Under the pieces are notes generated by a model. The model saw only the letters and a list, made by a program, of their open reading frames with translations, was not told the origin of the DNA and made no database searches. This document shows positions 45,307 through 57,359 of a stretch of DNA of 64,000 nt, piece after piece. Positions within the stretch are counted from its first letter, which is position 1. Each line of letters begins with the position of its first letter. This DNA is from Acidobacteriota bacterium (GTDB taxonomy: Bacteria; Acidobacteriota; UBA6911): the NCBI GenBank assembly GCA_963664705.1, contig OY761556.1, positions 5,472,001-5,536,000 on the forward strand, in the 5' to 3' direction. The translations under genes and the position numbers were made by a program.

Positions 45307-46527
45307 TCACAGTGGTATGTCATTGATGCTGAATATGGCCATTAACATGGACACGACAATGGTTCCAATCACGACTCCCATTACCAGGATGAGAGCCGGT
45401 TCAAAAAACGAGATCAGGTTCTTGATGCTGTTGCGCACCTCAACGTCGTACACCTCGGCAACCTGAATAAGCATGGCGTCGAGTTTTCCGGATTCCTCTC
45501 CCACTTCGATCAGGTGCATGGCCAGGGGCGGAAACACGCCGCTCTGTTTCATTGGCTGCGTTATCCCTTCCCCTTTTTTTATTCCGTTCCGTATAGGCTC
45601 GATGGTGTTCGCGATGCTCTGATTTGCGATGATCTCGCGCACGATGGTCATCGATTGAAGAAGCGGGACGCCGCCATGCAATAGTGTCCCCAGCGAACGG
45701 GAAAAGCGTGCGACCTCGACCTTTTGAAGAACAGTGCCGACGAGTGGAACGCGCAGCATCCATCGATCCCATTTCAGCCTGCCTTCGCTGCTTTCGCGGA
45801 AGCGCTTGAAATAAATGAATGCCAGGCCGATGGCCAGGATGGCGGCCCACCAATAGTAGGTAAGAAAAGTGCTGAGACCTTTGAGGAAAGCCATGGGCAG
45901 CGGGAGCGGCACTCCCATGTCCTGGAAAATCGATGTGAATTTCGGGACAACGAAAAGCGTAAGAATGATGACGCTTGCCAAGCCGACGACCGAAAGCAGG
46001 ATCGGATAAACCATGGCTCCGACGATATACGATCTCAGGTTTTCGCTGGTTTCAAGGTAAGTGGCGAGCCGGGTCAGGATTTCTTCCAGCACTCCGCCCG
46101 CTTCTCCCGCCTTGACCATGCTTATGTACACTTTGGGGAAAACCGCCGGATATTTTGCCAGAGCTTCGGAGAAGGACTTGCCCCCCTTCACTTCCTTCAG
46201 CACATCCTGGATGACTTCCGACATCGCGGGGCTTTCTGCAAGCTGCCCCAGAACTGCCAGGCTGCGATCCAGCGGGAATCCGGCACGCACAAGGGTGTGA
46301 AGCTCCTGCGTAAAGATCAAAAGATCCTTGCGGCGCACCTTTTTCCGTTTCCAGGGCCACTCGATCTCGCGCCTGAAGATCGCTTGCTTGGTTTGGGACC
46401 CGATATTGATGGGAAGCAGCCCCATTTCCTGCAGCTTTAAGGACACAGTTCCGTTATCCGAGGCTTCCATGGTCCCCTCGACGATCTTGCCTTCAAAGGT
46501 GCTTGCCTTATAGCTATAGGACGGCAT
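45307..46527 (-). CDS. gspF: T2SS inner membrane platform protein GspF
   Basis: AGEAGG.L, YP, LPLP, VGEESGKL, EP; start set at 46527 (MPSYSYKA). Confidence 0.92.
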   Translation of the reverse strand: MPSYSYKASTFEGKIVEGTMEASDNGTVSLKLQEMGLLPINIGSQTKQAIFRREIEWPWKRKKVRRKDLLIFTQELHTLVRAGFPLDRSLAVLGQLAESPAMSEVIQDVLKEVKGGKSFSEALAKYPAVFPKVYISMVKAGEAGGVLEEILTRLATYLETSENLRSYIVGAMVYPILLSVVGLASVIILTLFVVPKFTSIFQDMGVPLPLPMAFLKGLSTFLTYYWWAAILAIGLAFIYFKRFRESSEGRLKWDRWMLRVPLVGTVLQKVEVARFSRSLGTLLHGGVPLLQSMTIVREIIANQSIANTIEPIRNGIKKGEGITQPMKQSGVFPPLAMHLIEVGEESGKLDAMLIQVAEVYDVEVRNSIKNLISFFEPALILVMGVVIGTIVVSMLMAIFSINDIPL

Positions 46528-46638
46528 CGTATGGTCCCACAATTTCGGATTGCGGAGTACAATTTGCGGAATGGAATGCCTTTTCTTCAGTCCACAATTC
46601 GAAATTCGAAATCCGTGATTCGTAAATAGAATTCATAA

Positions 46639-48363
46639 CTAGGTTTCCTGCGTAACCCGGAGGACTTCCGCGATCGTCGTTATCCCCTGCCGGACCTTCA
46701 ACCACCCGTCATCCCGCAGAGAACGCATACCGTTCTCATTGGCTTTTTTCCGAATCTGGTTGGAGTCTGCTTTTCCTACCGTAAGCTTGCGAATGTCATC
46801 GTTAATCACCATCAGTTCATAGATGCCAAGCCGGCCGGTGAAACCGGTGTTGCCGCATTTTTCGCAGCCGGCTCCTTCATAAAAACGAGCCGGGCCTTCT
46901 TTGCGGTCGCCGCGCCGGAATCCGATTTCGTCCAACATTTCCGGTACAGGGAATACCTCGGTTTTGCAGGCCGGGCAAATCACCCGGACAAGGCGCTGCG
47001 CAAGAACGCCCAAAAGCGAGGATGCGATCAGATAGTCCTGGGCTCCCATATCGATCAGACGCGTGATGGCGCTCGGAGCATCGTTGGTGTGCAGCGTGGA
47101 AAAAACAAGATGTCCGGTCAAGGCTGCGCGGATGGCGATCTCCGCCGTTTCCAGGTCGCGGATTTCGCCGACCATGATCACGTCCGGATCCTGCCTGACG
47201 ATGTGTCTAAGACCGGCCGCAAAGGTCAACCCGATCTGCGGATTGACGTGGATCTGGTTGACGCCGTCGATCTGGTATTCGATCGGGTCTTCAATCGTGA
47301 TGATCTTTTTGTCCGGCAGGTTAATGGTACTCAATCCACTGTACAGCGTCGTGGTTTTGCCGCTTCCGGTGGGGCCCGTAACCATGAAAATACCGTGCGG
47401 ACGCCGTATCAGAGATTCGAATTCGCGCAGAGAATCTTCGGGGAATCCCAGGTTGCGGATGTCGTAGAGGCTCGTGTTGCTCTTGTCCAGGATACGCATG
47501 ACCACGCTTTCCCCGTATAGCGTCGGCAGCGTCGAAACACGCAAGTCGATATCTTTCCCGAGTACCTTCAACTTAATTCGTCCATCCTGCGGCAGCCGCC
47601 GCTCCGCAATGTTCAGTTTGGACATGATTTTGACGCGGCTGATCAGCGCGGCCTTCAGCTTTTTGGGCGGGGACTCGACGTCATGCAGGAGGCCGTCAAT
47701 CCGGTACCGCACCTTCAGATCCTTTTCAAAAGGCTCGATGTGAATGTCACTGGCGCGGCTTTCAATTGCTTTGGAGATGAGAAGGTTTACCAGGCGGATG
47801 ACAGGGGCTTCCGATGCAAGATCCTTGAGCTGCTCGATATCCTCGATCTCATCCAGGCTCTCGATGTTGCCATCATCGATTCCTTCAATAATCCTACCCA
47901 GCGTGCTGGCCGCTGAGCCGTAGAATTTCTCCAGCATATCCATGATTTCGCTTTCGGCCCCGAGCAGCGGCCGCAGCTGATATCCGGTCGCCTGCCGGAC
48001 CGAGTCCAGCGTGGCGCTGTCCAGCGGATCCGTCATGGCAAGCGTTAACACGCTGTTTTCAAGAGAGACGGGGATAAACTTGCACTGCTTCATAAACCTG
48101 AACGTGAGGACATTTTCAAGCACAGGGCCGGGCGGATAATCCGTAACGGATAAAGCCGGGATATTGAGATGCTCGGAGACAACCGCGAGACAATCCTTCT
48201 CGGAAACATATCCGAGATCTACCAGAAGCTTGCCCAGTTTTTCCCGCGATTCAGCCTGAAGGTTGAGCGCTGTGCGCAGTTCCTCCTCGTCGATAAGGCC
48301 GCGTTCGAGGAAGACCTGCCCGATAAGCTTTTTTGATTTGAGGTTCTCGACTTTAATACTCAA
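46639..48363 (-). CDS. gspE: T2SS ATPase GspE
   Basis: ASDIHIEP, ERRLPQDG, Walker A GPTGSGKTT, EDPIE, RQDPDVIMVGEIRD, Cys4 motif; TTG start. Confidence 0.95.
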   Translation of the reverse strand: MSIKVENLKSKKLIGQVFLERGLIDEEELRTALNLQAESREKLGKLLVDLGYVSEKDCLAVVSEHLNIPALSVTDYPPGPVLENVLTFRFMKQCKFIPVSLENSVLTLAMTDPLDSATLDSVRQATGYQLRPLLGAESEIMDMLEKFYGSAASTLGRIIEGIDDGNIESLDEIEDIEQLKDLASEAPVIRLVNLLISKAIESRASDIHIEPFEKDLKVRYRIDGLLHDVESPPKKLKAALISRVKIMSKLNIAERRLPQDGRIKLKVLGKDIDLRVSTLPTLYGESVVMRILDKSNTSLYDIRNLGFPEDSLREFESLIRRPHGIFMVTGPTGSGKTTTLYSGLSTINLPDKKIITIEDPIEYQIDGVNQIHVNPQIGLTFAAGLRHIVRQDPDVIMVGEIRDLETAEIAIRAALTGHLVFSTLHTNDAPSAITRLIDMGAQDYLIASSLLGVLAQRLVRVICPACKTEVFPVPEMLDEIGFRRGDRKEGPARFYEGAGCEKCGNTGFTGRLGIYELMVINDDIRKLTVGKADSNQIRKKANENGMRSLRDDGWLKVRQGITTIAEVLRVTQET

Positions 48364-48970
48364 GGATTTTCACCCTCTGTCTGAATTCTTTATACCGGTC
48401 TGTTTTGCGCCCAAACTCATCAAGGTCTTTTTTGGAGGCGGTCATCACAATTGTCTTGTTTGCATTCGGTTCATCCGGGAAAACCCGGTCCTCAAAGAAA
48501 CCGACAATGGTGATGCTGTCGCTCTTCCGAAGCTGACGGAAACTATCCCCTTTTTCCATCAGTACCCGGATCAACTTTTCTTTGAGTTCTTCAATGCGCC
48601 TTTTTTTGGCTTCCGGCCCGGCGTCCACCTTGGAACGGATCTGGCCGAACGGAGTGTTGACCACCGCTCGGTGAATATTAATCATAAAAGACACACTTAT
48701 TCCATAGTCCGGCAAATACGCACCCTTTGCCTTTTGAACCAGTGCAAACGGGCTGCTGCTGAAACTGCTGCTAATTACATCATTTACCACATCTTCGAAC
48801 TTGAGAATATCCCGTTGTGTTTGTGCATAATCGAGTCTTGTGTCGTCGGCGGATTCCTGGCCCGACCCCGCAGGCATCGCTGCCAGGGAAAACGTGAGAA
48901 TCCAGACGACAATTAGAACAACAGCATAGCCTTTAACTGCAGGCAGTTCTATGGCATTCGGGTCTTCCAT
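48353..48970 (-). CDS. Exported hypothetical protein
   Basis: TM/signal segment then GAYLPDYGISVSF; stop overlaps the gspE start; start set at ATG 48970. Confidence 0.65.
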   Translation of the reverse strand: MEDPNAIELPAVKGYAVVLIVVWILTFSLAAMPAGSGQESADDTRLDYAQTQRDILKFEDVVNDVISSSFSSSPFALVQKAKGAYLPDYGISVSFMINIHRAVVNTPFGQIRSKVDAGPEAKKRRIEELKEKLIRVLMEKGDSFRQLRKSDSITIVGFFEDRVFPDEPNANKTIVMTASKKDLDEFGRKTDRYKEFRQRVKILEY

Positions 48971-48993
48971 ATGCCTCTGTGCGCCTCTAGCGA

Positions 48994-49536
48994 TCAATTC
49001 CGGTTTCCACTGCGAGCGGCACTGACGCGTGCCGTACGCGAATACAACCAATGATTCTGCTCCACGGTATCCAGCATTTTCTGGATCATCAGATAATTTT
49101 GCTCGTTGGTACGCATTTCGCTATCGTCCAGGGCCCGCTTCACCAGGTCCCGGACTTCACTCTTGCTGTAAGAGACGTCATCCGGCGCCCGTCGGAAGAG
49201 ACTCGTACGAAACGAAAAACCATCCTTCGTCCAGGTTAGTTCGGTATTGGCGAGCGCCAGGAAACAGAGAAGAACCATGGCAGCAATCGCGCCATAACGC
49301 GCAAGCTTCCAATAGTTTATCCGCTTTTCCTTCAATTCCTGCCTCGCCATGGATACGCTTCGAAGCGGGGATTCATCCTTCCATCCCTGGAGATACTTCT
49401 GCGTTTGCTTCAAATCATCGAGTTCCTGCCGACATTCCGCACAGGTCTGGAGATGGGCTTTCACCTCGGGACTTGCCTCCGAGGGATCGTCATACAACAG
49501 ATCCGCAAAGCTCTCCCGAATCTCATCGCAATGCAT
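48994..49536 (-). CDS. zf-HC2 anti-sigma factor
   Basis: MHC...HLQTCAEC plus TM; follows the ECF sigma gene. Confidence 0.85.
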   Translation of the reverse strand: MHCDEIRESFADLLYDDPSEASPEVKAHLQTCAECRQELDDLKQTQKYLQGWKDESPLRSVSMARQELKEKRINYWKLARYGAIAAMVLLCFLALANTELTWTKDGFSFRTSLFRRAPDDVSYSKSEVRDLVKRALDDSEMRTNEQNYLMIQKMLDTVEQNHWLYSRTARVSAARSGNRN

Positions 49537-49633
49537 GGCTGAACTCCCGCAAAGATCCATATCCCAAATTTCAGATTTCAAATGAGTTCTGAAATTTAAA
49601 ATCAAGAATTTGAAATTGGATATCTATTAGCAC

Positions 49634-50200
49634 TTATCGTCCTTTTATTCCTAAACGTCTCAGATTCCGCTGCACATCTTTGAGTCCGTGGTAGAGGCGG
49701 GATTTTGCGGTGGAGAGCGGGCATTCCATTACATCCGCCAGTTCTTCCAGGCTCAATCCCATGTATTCCTTCAACACAATCGCGGACCGGTGATCGTCAC
49801 TGAGTCCTGACAGCGCTTTCTGAATAATGTCAATGGTTTCCAGTCTGTCCCCGCGATCTTCGGCAGCAAGCCCGAAGACAACGGTGCTCTCGGCATCTCC
49901 TTTGTCCTGTACCGGGCTGCTCAGCGATAGATGGGACACTCTGGATCTCCTGCGTGCCCGGCAATGATTCAGCGCAATCTGGTATAGCCAGGTGGAAAAA
50001 CTGCCGGGATCCCGCAACCCCCTGAGGGACCTGAAAACCGAGAGAAACGTTTCCTGCACGATATCCTGGGCATCTTCTCGATTGCCAACCATGCGCCAGG
50101 CGAGGTTATATATCTTCCGCTCCCAGCAATGGACAATCCTGCTGAAGGCCTCTTCTTCTCCCGCGAGAAATCTTCGGACCGCCTCCTCGGTTTCTATCAT
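49634..50200 (-). CDS. ECF RNA polymerase sigma factor
   Basis: GEEEAF, DAQDIVQETF, FSTWLYQIALN, TAKSRLYHG. Confidence 0.92.
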   Translation of the reverse strand: MIETEEAVRRFLAGEEEAFSRIVHCWERKIYNLAWRMVGNREDAQDIVQETFLSVFRSLRGLRDPGSFSTWLYQIALNHCRARRRSRVSHLSLSSPVQDKGDAESTVVFGLAAEDRGDRLETIDIIQKALSGLSDDHRSAIVLKEYMGLSLEELADVMECPLSTAKSRLYHGLKDVQRNLRRLGIKGR

Positions 50201-50352
50201 GCATAGATCCCTTGATGAAGGCAGCCACAGCTATGGATAACGATAATGGCAGGAAAGTCTAAAGAAAATGACGAATGACGGCTAAAGAATGATGCCTTTG
50301 GATCTGAGCACTGAGCATTTTGTGGTTTTATTTGGCAAGTCGTCATTCTTGA

Positions 50353-50400
50353 TTCAAAGCTACAGGTCGCAGGACTTCAACCTGCGACCTGTAACTTGAA
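50353..50400. terminator. Hairpin downstream of guaB
   Basis: Perfect 13-bp stem TACAGGTCGCAGG/CCTGCGACCTGTA; weak U-tract. Confidence 0.5.
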
Positions 50401-50421
50401 ATGCGCCAATTATGAATAAGG

Positions 50422-51921
<1,500 letters not shown>

Positions 51922-51926
51922 TTAAC

Positions 51927-52031
51927 ATCGGGGACGTCCCACCCATTCGCCGGTTTTTTGAGCGGTGTATCGAATGGAGTCCCGCCTATGCACCCCGTAA
52001 AAAGCAGGTGAATGAGCGGGACGTCCCCGAT
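51927..52031. repeat. Long imperfect palindrome (GGGGACGTCCC REP-like)
   Basis: ATCGGGGACGTCCC/GGGACGTCCCCGAT perfect 14 bp, extending imperfectly inward; fills the secA-guaB spacer. Confidence 0.7.
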
Positions 52032-52034
52032 TTA

Positions 52035-54707
52035 TTACGAACCGTGACACTTTTTGAATTTCTTGCCGCTGCCGCAGGGGCAGAGGTCATTTCTTCCTAC
52101 CTTTGCGACTTCGCGTTTTGACGGAGCGGGAGCTGCGCCATCACCGCCGCTGTACTGCAGATTCTGCTCTCGTGGCGCTTTCCTGCGTGCTTCTTCATGT
52201 TCCTTTTCCCGGGCATCCTGTTCATCCCTGCTGTTGATCGGTTCAAACAGGTAGAGGAACCGGATGGTTTCCTCCTCTATTCTCGATTGAAGCTCCTCAA
52301 ACATATTGAAGCTTTCTTTTTTATACTCAATCAGAGGATCTCTTTGCCCGTAGCCGCGGAGACCGATACCCTCTTTCAAATGGTCCAGGGCATAAAGATG
52401 ATCTTTCCACTGATTATCCAGGATCTGCAGCATGATCATGCGTTCCTGGAATCGTATGTATTCTGTCCCCAGGCGCTGTTCTTTTTCCTCATATAGCTTG
52501 CGGATGCTGTCGGGAATCTTGTCGGCAAGCTGCTCAAATGTAGCATTCTTGAGATCGAGCCCGAGTTGGGCGATATCCGTGCCGAACTGATTGCCGACGC
52601 TGACTCTGAGTCCTTCGATGTCCCACGTGTCCATGGGCTTTCCGCGCGGCGTATAGCGATCCATCATGTCTGTGATGATGTCGTTGGCGAGCTCCAGGAT
52701 GTACTCCCGCTGATCCGCTCCCTCGAGAAGCTCCCGCCGCAAGGAATAGATGGCTTCCCGCTGCTTATTCATGACGTCGTCATATTCGAGCAGATGCTTG
52801 CGGATTTCAAAGTTGCGGGCTTCTACCTGTCTCTGCGCGCGCTCGATCTGCCGCGTTATGAGCTTGCTCTCAATCGGCACTCCTTCTTCCATGCCCAGCG
52901 ACTGCATGATTCCGGAGATACGGTCACTCGCAAAAATGCGCATCAAGTCATCTTCAAGGGACAGATAGAATCTGGAAGATCCCGGGTCGCCCTGGCGTCC
53001 CGCGCGTCCGCGCAGCTGATTGTCGATGCGCCGCGCTTCGTGCCGTTCGGTTCCAAGGATATGCAGCCCGCCCATATTTACAACGTCGTCGTGATCTTTG
53101 GGACAAACTTCCATCCAGTGGGTCCGGATCTTCTCGTAATCCTCCTTCGGCATGGTCTGCGGGTCGAGCCCCTTTTCCCGCAGGGTCTGCATGGTCAGGA
53201 ATTCGGGGTTGCCGCCAAGCAGAATATCGGTTCCGCGTCCGGCCATGTTGGTCGCGATGGTTACGGCTTTTTTTCGGCCGGCCTGTGCGACGATCTCCGC
53301 TTCCTTCGCATGGTATTTGGCGTTCAGGACAACGTGTGGAATACCCTGTCTCTTGAGAAGCGTGCTCAGCTTTTCCGATTTCTCAATCGAGATGGTACCG
53401 ACGAGAACCGGCCGGCCTTTTTCATACAGGTCTTTGATTTCGTCCACAACGGCGGTGTACTTTTCGCGCTCCGTCCGGTAGATGATGTCGGCGTGCTCCG
53501 TGCGGATCAGCGACCGGTTGGTCGGGATGACGTTCACTTCGAGCTTGTAGATCTTGTAGAACTCTTCCGCTTCCGTCTCGGCCGTACCGGTCATGCCGCC
53601 CAGCTTTTTATACATGCGGAAGTAGTTTTGGAAGGTGATGGTGGCCAGCGTCTGGTTTTCTCTTTCGATTTTGACGTTCTCTTTGGCTTCCAGGGCCTGG
53701 TGGAGACCGTCGCTATAGCGGCGTCCCGGCATGAGCCGGCCGGTGAATTCATCGACGATGACAACCTCGCCTTCCTTCACCATGTAATCGACATCTCTCT
53801 TAAAGAGAAGGTGCGCCTTCAAAGCCTGGTAGGTGTGATGCACCCAGTCCATGTTTTGCGGCTCAAAGAGATTGCCGACGCCGAGCAGTTTTTCAGCCTT
53901 CTCCACGCCTTCTTCTGTGAGATTTACCGTCCGGGCCTTTTCATCGATCTGGAAATCAATATCGCGCCGCAGTTTTGGCACGATTCGGTCTACGCGATAG
54001 TATTTGTCGGTGGATTCTTCTGCGGGTCCCGAAATGATCAGCGGCGTTCGCGCTTCATCGATCAGGATGGAGTCGACTTCATCGACAATGGCGAAATGGA
54101 ATCCGCGCTGTACGCAGTCGCGGATATCATATTTCATGTTGTCGCGCAGATAATCAAATCCCAGTTCGTTATTCGTGCCGTAGGTGATGTCGCAGCCGTA
54201 GGCGGCCTGTCTTTCCTCATCCGTCAGAGGGTGTTGAATGCAATCCACCGAGAGGCCCAGCCCCTTGTAGATCTTACCCATCCATTCAGAATCGCGGCCA
54301 GCCAGGTAGTCGTTCACAGTCACGATATGAACGCCCTTTCCTTCCAGCGCGTTCAAGTAGGCCGGGAGCGTGGCGACGAGCGTTTTTCCTTCACCGGTCT
54401 TCATTTCGGCGATGCGCCCTTTGTGCAGAAAAATTCCGCCAATGAGCTGCACATCGAAATGGCGCATGTTCAGGATCCGTTTCCCGGCTTCGCGCACTGC
54501 CGCAAAAGCTTCGGGCAAGATATCGTCTATGGGTTCGCCATTGGCTAGTCTCTCCTTGAACTTCGGAGTCAGGTCTGCCAACTGCTGATCAGAACGACGA
54601 GCCATTTCCGATTCGAGCTCATTAATGCGCCGAACGATAGGGGCAATCTGCTTCAAATCTCTATCGTTTTTGCTGCCTACTATTTTGGTGAGAATCGTGC
54701 TGAACAT
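52035..54707 (-). CDS. secA: Preprotein translocase ATPase SecA
   Basis: [55 protein letters not shown] motif [13 protein letters not shown]. Confidence 0.99.
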   Translation of the reverse strand: MFSTILTKIVGSKNDRDLKQIAPIVRRINELESEMARRSDQQLADLTPKFKERLANGEPIDDILPEAFAAVREAGKRILNMRHFDVQLIGGIFLHKGRIAEMKTGEGKTLVATLPAYLNALEGKGVHIVTVNDYLAGRDSEWMGKIYKGLGLSVDCIQHPLTDEERQAAYGCDITYGTNNELGFDYLRDNMKYDIRDCVQRGFHFAIVDEVDSILIDEARTPLIISGPAEESTDKYYRVDRIVPKLRRDIDFQIDEKARTVNLTEEGVEKAEKLLGVGNLFEPQNMDWVHHTYQALKAHLLFKRDVDYMVKEGEVVIVDEFTGRLMPGRRYSDGLHQALEAKENVKIERENQTLATITFQNYFRMYKKLGGMTGTAETEAEEFYKIYKLEVNVIPTNRSLIRTEHADIIYRTEREKYTAVVDEIKDLYEKGRPVLVGTISIEKSEKLSTLLKRQGIPHVVLNAKYHAKEAEIVAQAGRKKAVTIATNMAGRGTDILLGGNPEFLTMQTLREKGLDPQTMPKEDYEKIRTHWMEVCPKDHDDVVNMGGLHILGTERHEARRIDNQLRGRAGRQGDPGSSRFYLSLEDDLMRIFASDRISGIMQSLGMEEGVPIESKLITRQIERAQRQVEARNFEIRKHLLEYDDVMNKQREAIYSLRRELLEGADQREYILELANDIITDMMDRYTPRGKPMDTWDIEGLRVSVGNQFGTDIAQLGLDLKNATFEQLADKIPDSIRKLYEEKEQRLGTEYIRFQERMIMLQILDNQWKDHLYALDHLKEGIGLRGYGQRDPLIEYKKESFNMFEELQSRIEEETIRFLYLFEPINSRDEQDAREKEHEEARRKAPREQNLQYSGGDGAAPAPSKREVAKVGRNDLCPCGSGKKFKKCHGS

Positions 54708-54885
54708 TGGAGAATATCTCCGGATGGGTATAAATGCGGTAATCTAACAGATAGAAGAGCCTGAGTCAATCCACGCTAAAGCTTTGAGATTCTTTGAGTC
54801 CTGGAATCTTTCCGGCTTATCTTCTGCCCATGGTGATGCGAAATCAGGACTTGACTTACTCTAGGGGCTGGCAGATCTTTGAGCA

Positions 54886-55458
54886 ATGATCGACGCCATC
54901 CGAAAAGCTATAGCCGAAAGCCTCGAACTCAAAAAGACCTTTTTCCAAAAAAATGAGCAGCTCATCGCTAACGTCGCTCGCGAAATCTGTTCCGCTCTCG
55001 AGCAGGGGCGCAAGGTGCTGATCTTCGGTAATGGCGGAAGTGCGGCTGACGCTCAACATATTGCAGCAGAATGGGTTGGAAGATTTCAGCGTGAGCGGAG
55101 GCCGCTCCCGGCCGTTGCTTTGACCACCGACACTTCCATCCTGACTGCGATCGGGAATGATTACGGCTATGATCAGGTGTTTGTACGACAGCTGCAAGCA
55201 TTGGGCCGGGAAGGAGATATCGCCATTGCCATCTCCACGAGCGGCAATTCCCCGAACGTCCTCCTTGCGGCGGAGGCTGCGAGCGAACTGGGGATGGTTA
55301 CCATCGGTCTGACCGGCAGGGACGGCGGGAGATTGGGGCCGAAAGTTCAATACCATCTCAATGTTCCGCACAGCCTTTCGGCAAGAATCCAGGAAGTCCA
55401 TATCATGGTGGGGCATATCCTGTGCGAACTCGCCGACGACAACATGAAAGGGCTATGA
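54886..55458 (+). CDS. gmhA: Phosphoheptose isomerase
   Basis: GNGGSAADAQH, GNDYG, STSGNS, RIQEVHI. Confidence 0.95.
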   Translation: MIDAIRKAIAESLELKKTFFQKNEQLIANVAREICSALEQGRKVLIFGNGGSAADAQHIAAEWVGRFQRERRPLPAVALTTDTSILTAIGNDYGYDQVFVRQLQALGREGDIAIAISTSGNSPNVLLAAEAASELGMVTIGLTGRDGGRLGPKVQYHLNVPHSLSARIQEVHIMVGHILCELADDNMKGL

Positions 55459-55462
55459 TTCC

Positions 55463-56434
55463 ATGTCCAAGTACCGGGTTCGGCCTTTCGGCCTGGGCGG
55501 TATCCAAACCTATCCGTTGAAAAGTCGAACAAGCAAAGTGGCCGTCGACCTATTTGCCCAGGCTCACGAGAAAGGCGGGACTGTTTCTGAGTTTCTGCAA
55601 GGGCTTCCATCCATTCTGGCGGCAAAGAACCTCAAAGATCTGGCGTGCGCGATTGTCAATGCTCGAGGCAACGGAAAACCGACGATCTGGGGTATGGGCG
55701 GGCATGTCATCAAAACGGGATTATCCCCTGTTCTGATTGATCTTATGGACAGAGGGCTTGTGACGTCCCTGGCATTCAACGGCTCCTGCCTGGTTCATGA
55801 TTATGAAATCGCTTTAATTGGTTCCACGAGTGAGGATGTGGATGAGCAGCTTCAGACCGGAGCTTTTGGGATGGCTGAGGAAACCGGAAAAGGCATCAAC
55901 CAGGCAATCCGGGAGGGCGTGGAAGAAGGACTTGGGATTGGTGAGTCCCTCGGGCGGCATCTGGCAAAGCTGAATCCGCCCTTCGGACGGTACAGCCTCC
56001 TGCTGCAGGCATACCTGAGAAATATTCCGGTCACGGTTCATGTAACGGTCGGCGCGGATATCATTCACAATCATCCGGATGTTTCCCCGGCCGCGATCGG
56101 AACCGGAAGCCACCGGGATTTTCTGCTTCTGGCCGGCCTTATCGCGGATATGAATGGGGGAGGTGTTTATCTCAACTGCGGATCAGCGGTGACGTTGCCC
56201 GAGGTCTTTCTCAAGTGCGTTACGCTCATTAGAAACAGCGGGCAGCCGTTAAAGGATTTCACCACAGCCAACCTTGACTTTATCCAGCACTACCGACCGA
56301 CCGAGAACGTCATCCGGAGGCCGGTCAAAAATGGTGGAAGAGGCATTGCTATCACCGGCCACCATGAGATCACCATTCCGCTGCTGGCGGCCTGGCTTGT
56401 CGAGCTTTCCCCAGATACAAGGAATGATGAGTAG
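55463..56434 (+). CDS. Deoxyhypusine synthase-like protein (GSU2086-type)
   Basis: WGMGGHVIK, HDYEIA, TSEDV, FGMAEET, GSAVTLPEVFLK, GHHEI. Confidence 0.75.
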   Translation: MSKYRVRPFGLGGIQTYPLKSRTSKVAVDLFAQAHEKGGTVSEFLQGLPSILAAKNLKDLACAIVNARGNGKPTIWGMGGHVIKTGLSPVLIDLMDRGLVTSLAFNGSCLVHDYEIALIGSTSEDVDEQLQTGAFGMAEETGKGINQAIREGVEEGLGIGESLGRHLAKLNPPFGRYSLLLQAYLRNIPVTVHVTVGADIIHNHPDVSPAAIGTGSHRDFLLLAGLIADMNGGGVYLNCGSAVTLPEVFLKCVTLIRNSGQPLKDFTTANLDFIQHYRPTENVIRRPVKNGGRGIAITGHHEITIPLLAAWLVELSPDTRNDE

Positions 56435-56472
56435 CGATTGATTTTGGATTGAACGGCGGAAACGGATGAAGG

Positions 56473-57279
56473 TTACCGCTCCGGCAGGCCGACCTTTTCC
56501 CGGAGCTTGATAAGAACTTCAGCATTTTCCATAAAATCGATAAAGCGCTTGTCCTGCCGGACATGATCAAAATCCGGTTGCTTCCGGATCGCATCGATAT
56601 CGGTAAATCCATCCGTGATTGCCTGTTTAAGATACTCGATGGTCAGATCCACCTCTCCCGAAGTCGCCATCAGACGCGCCATGAAGTAGCGGCGTTCTGC
56701 GGAAGATGCGCTGTTGCCAACAAGGCTCACCGCGCTGTTTCGCAACACATTTCGATCGAGCGCCAGCCCTTTGCGCCACTCTTCCATTCCCTTTTCGTAT
56801 TTTTTCCGCTCGAAATAAAGAGAGCCCATATTCATATGAAAGGAGGCTTCGTCATTCTTCATGTTGAGGGCTTTTTTATAATACTTTTCAGCCTTTTTGA
56901 GATCCTTCTGGGCGAAGTAAGCGGATCCGAGATTATTGTAGGCAGAAGGATATTTCGGATTCAGATTGATGGAGCGCGTGAAGGACGTGACCGCCTCCTG
57001 GTAGTACTTCAATTGCAGATAGGCGATTCCGAGTTTGTTAAAAACAAAAGCGTTGTTGGGGTTGTAGCGCGACGATTCAAGATATTTGATCAGCGCGGAG
57101 TAGAAATCCTTCCGGTTGAAGGCCAGATCTCCCTCCTGTGCCGCGGAGTTTGCCTTCAGAATATCTTCATCCGTTACGCGAACCTGCACCACCTTGTGGC
57201 AGCCGGCCAACAAACCGCAGGCAAACACAAATACAACTATCGGGAACTTCAGGCGCGAGTACCAGTTCTTTTTCCGCAC
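56473..57279 (-). CDS. TPR lipoprotein
   Basis: Lipobox LLAG|C; TPRs (NKLGIAY, AYNNLGSAY); GTG start. Confidence 0.8.
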   Translation of the reverse strand: MRKKNWYSRLKFPIVVFVFACGLLAGCHKVVQVRVTDEDILKANSAAQEGDLAFNRKDFYSALIKYLESSRYNPNNAFVFNKLGIAYLQLKYYQEAVTSFTRSINLNPKYPSAYNNLGSAYFAQKDLKKAEKYYKKALNMKNDEASFHMNMGSLYFERKKYEKGMEEWRKGLALDRNVLRNSAVSLVGNSASSAERRYFMARLMATSGEVDLTIEYLKQAITDGFTDIDAIRKQPDFDHVRQDKRFIDFMENAEVLIKLREKVGLPER

Positions 57280-57359
57280 ATCAGACTCCCATCCTGTGCG
57301 CGATCATCCTGGCTATATTTTAGACTTGAGGTGCTTGCTATGCAAGTGAGGACACGCTC

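Noticed and set aside
52566-54548. 660-aa plus-strand ORF (likewise 58177-59775, 60110-60913, 61100-62119)
   Set aside because: Long antisense shadows of secA, lepA and uvrB, typical of codon-biased genes
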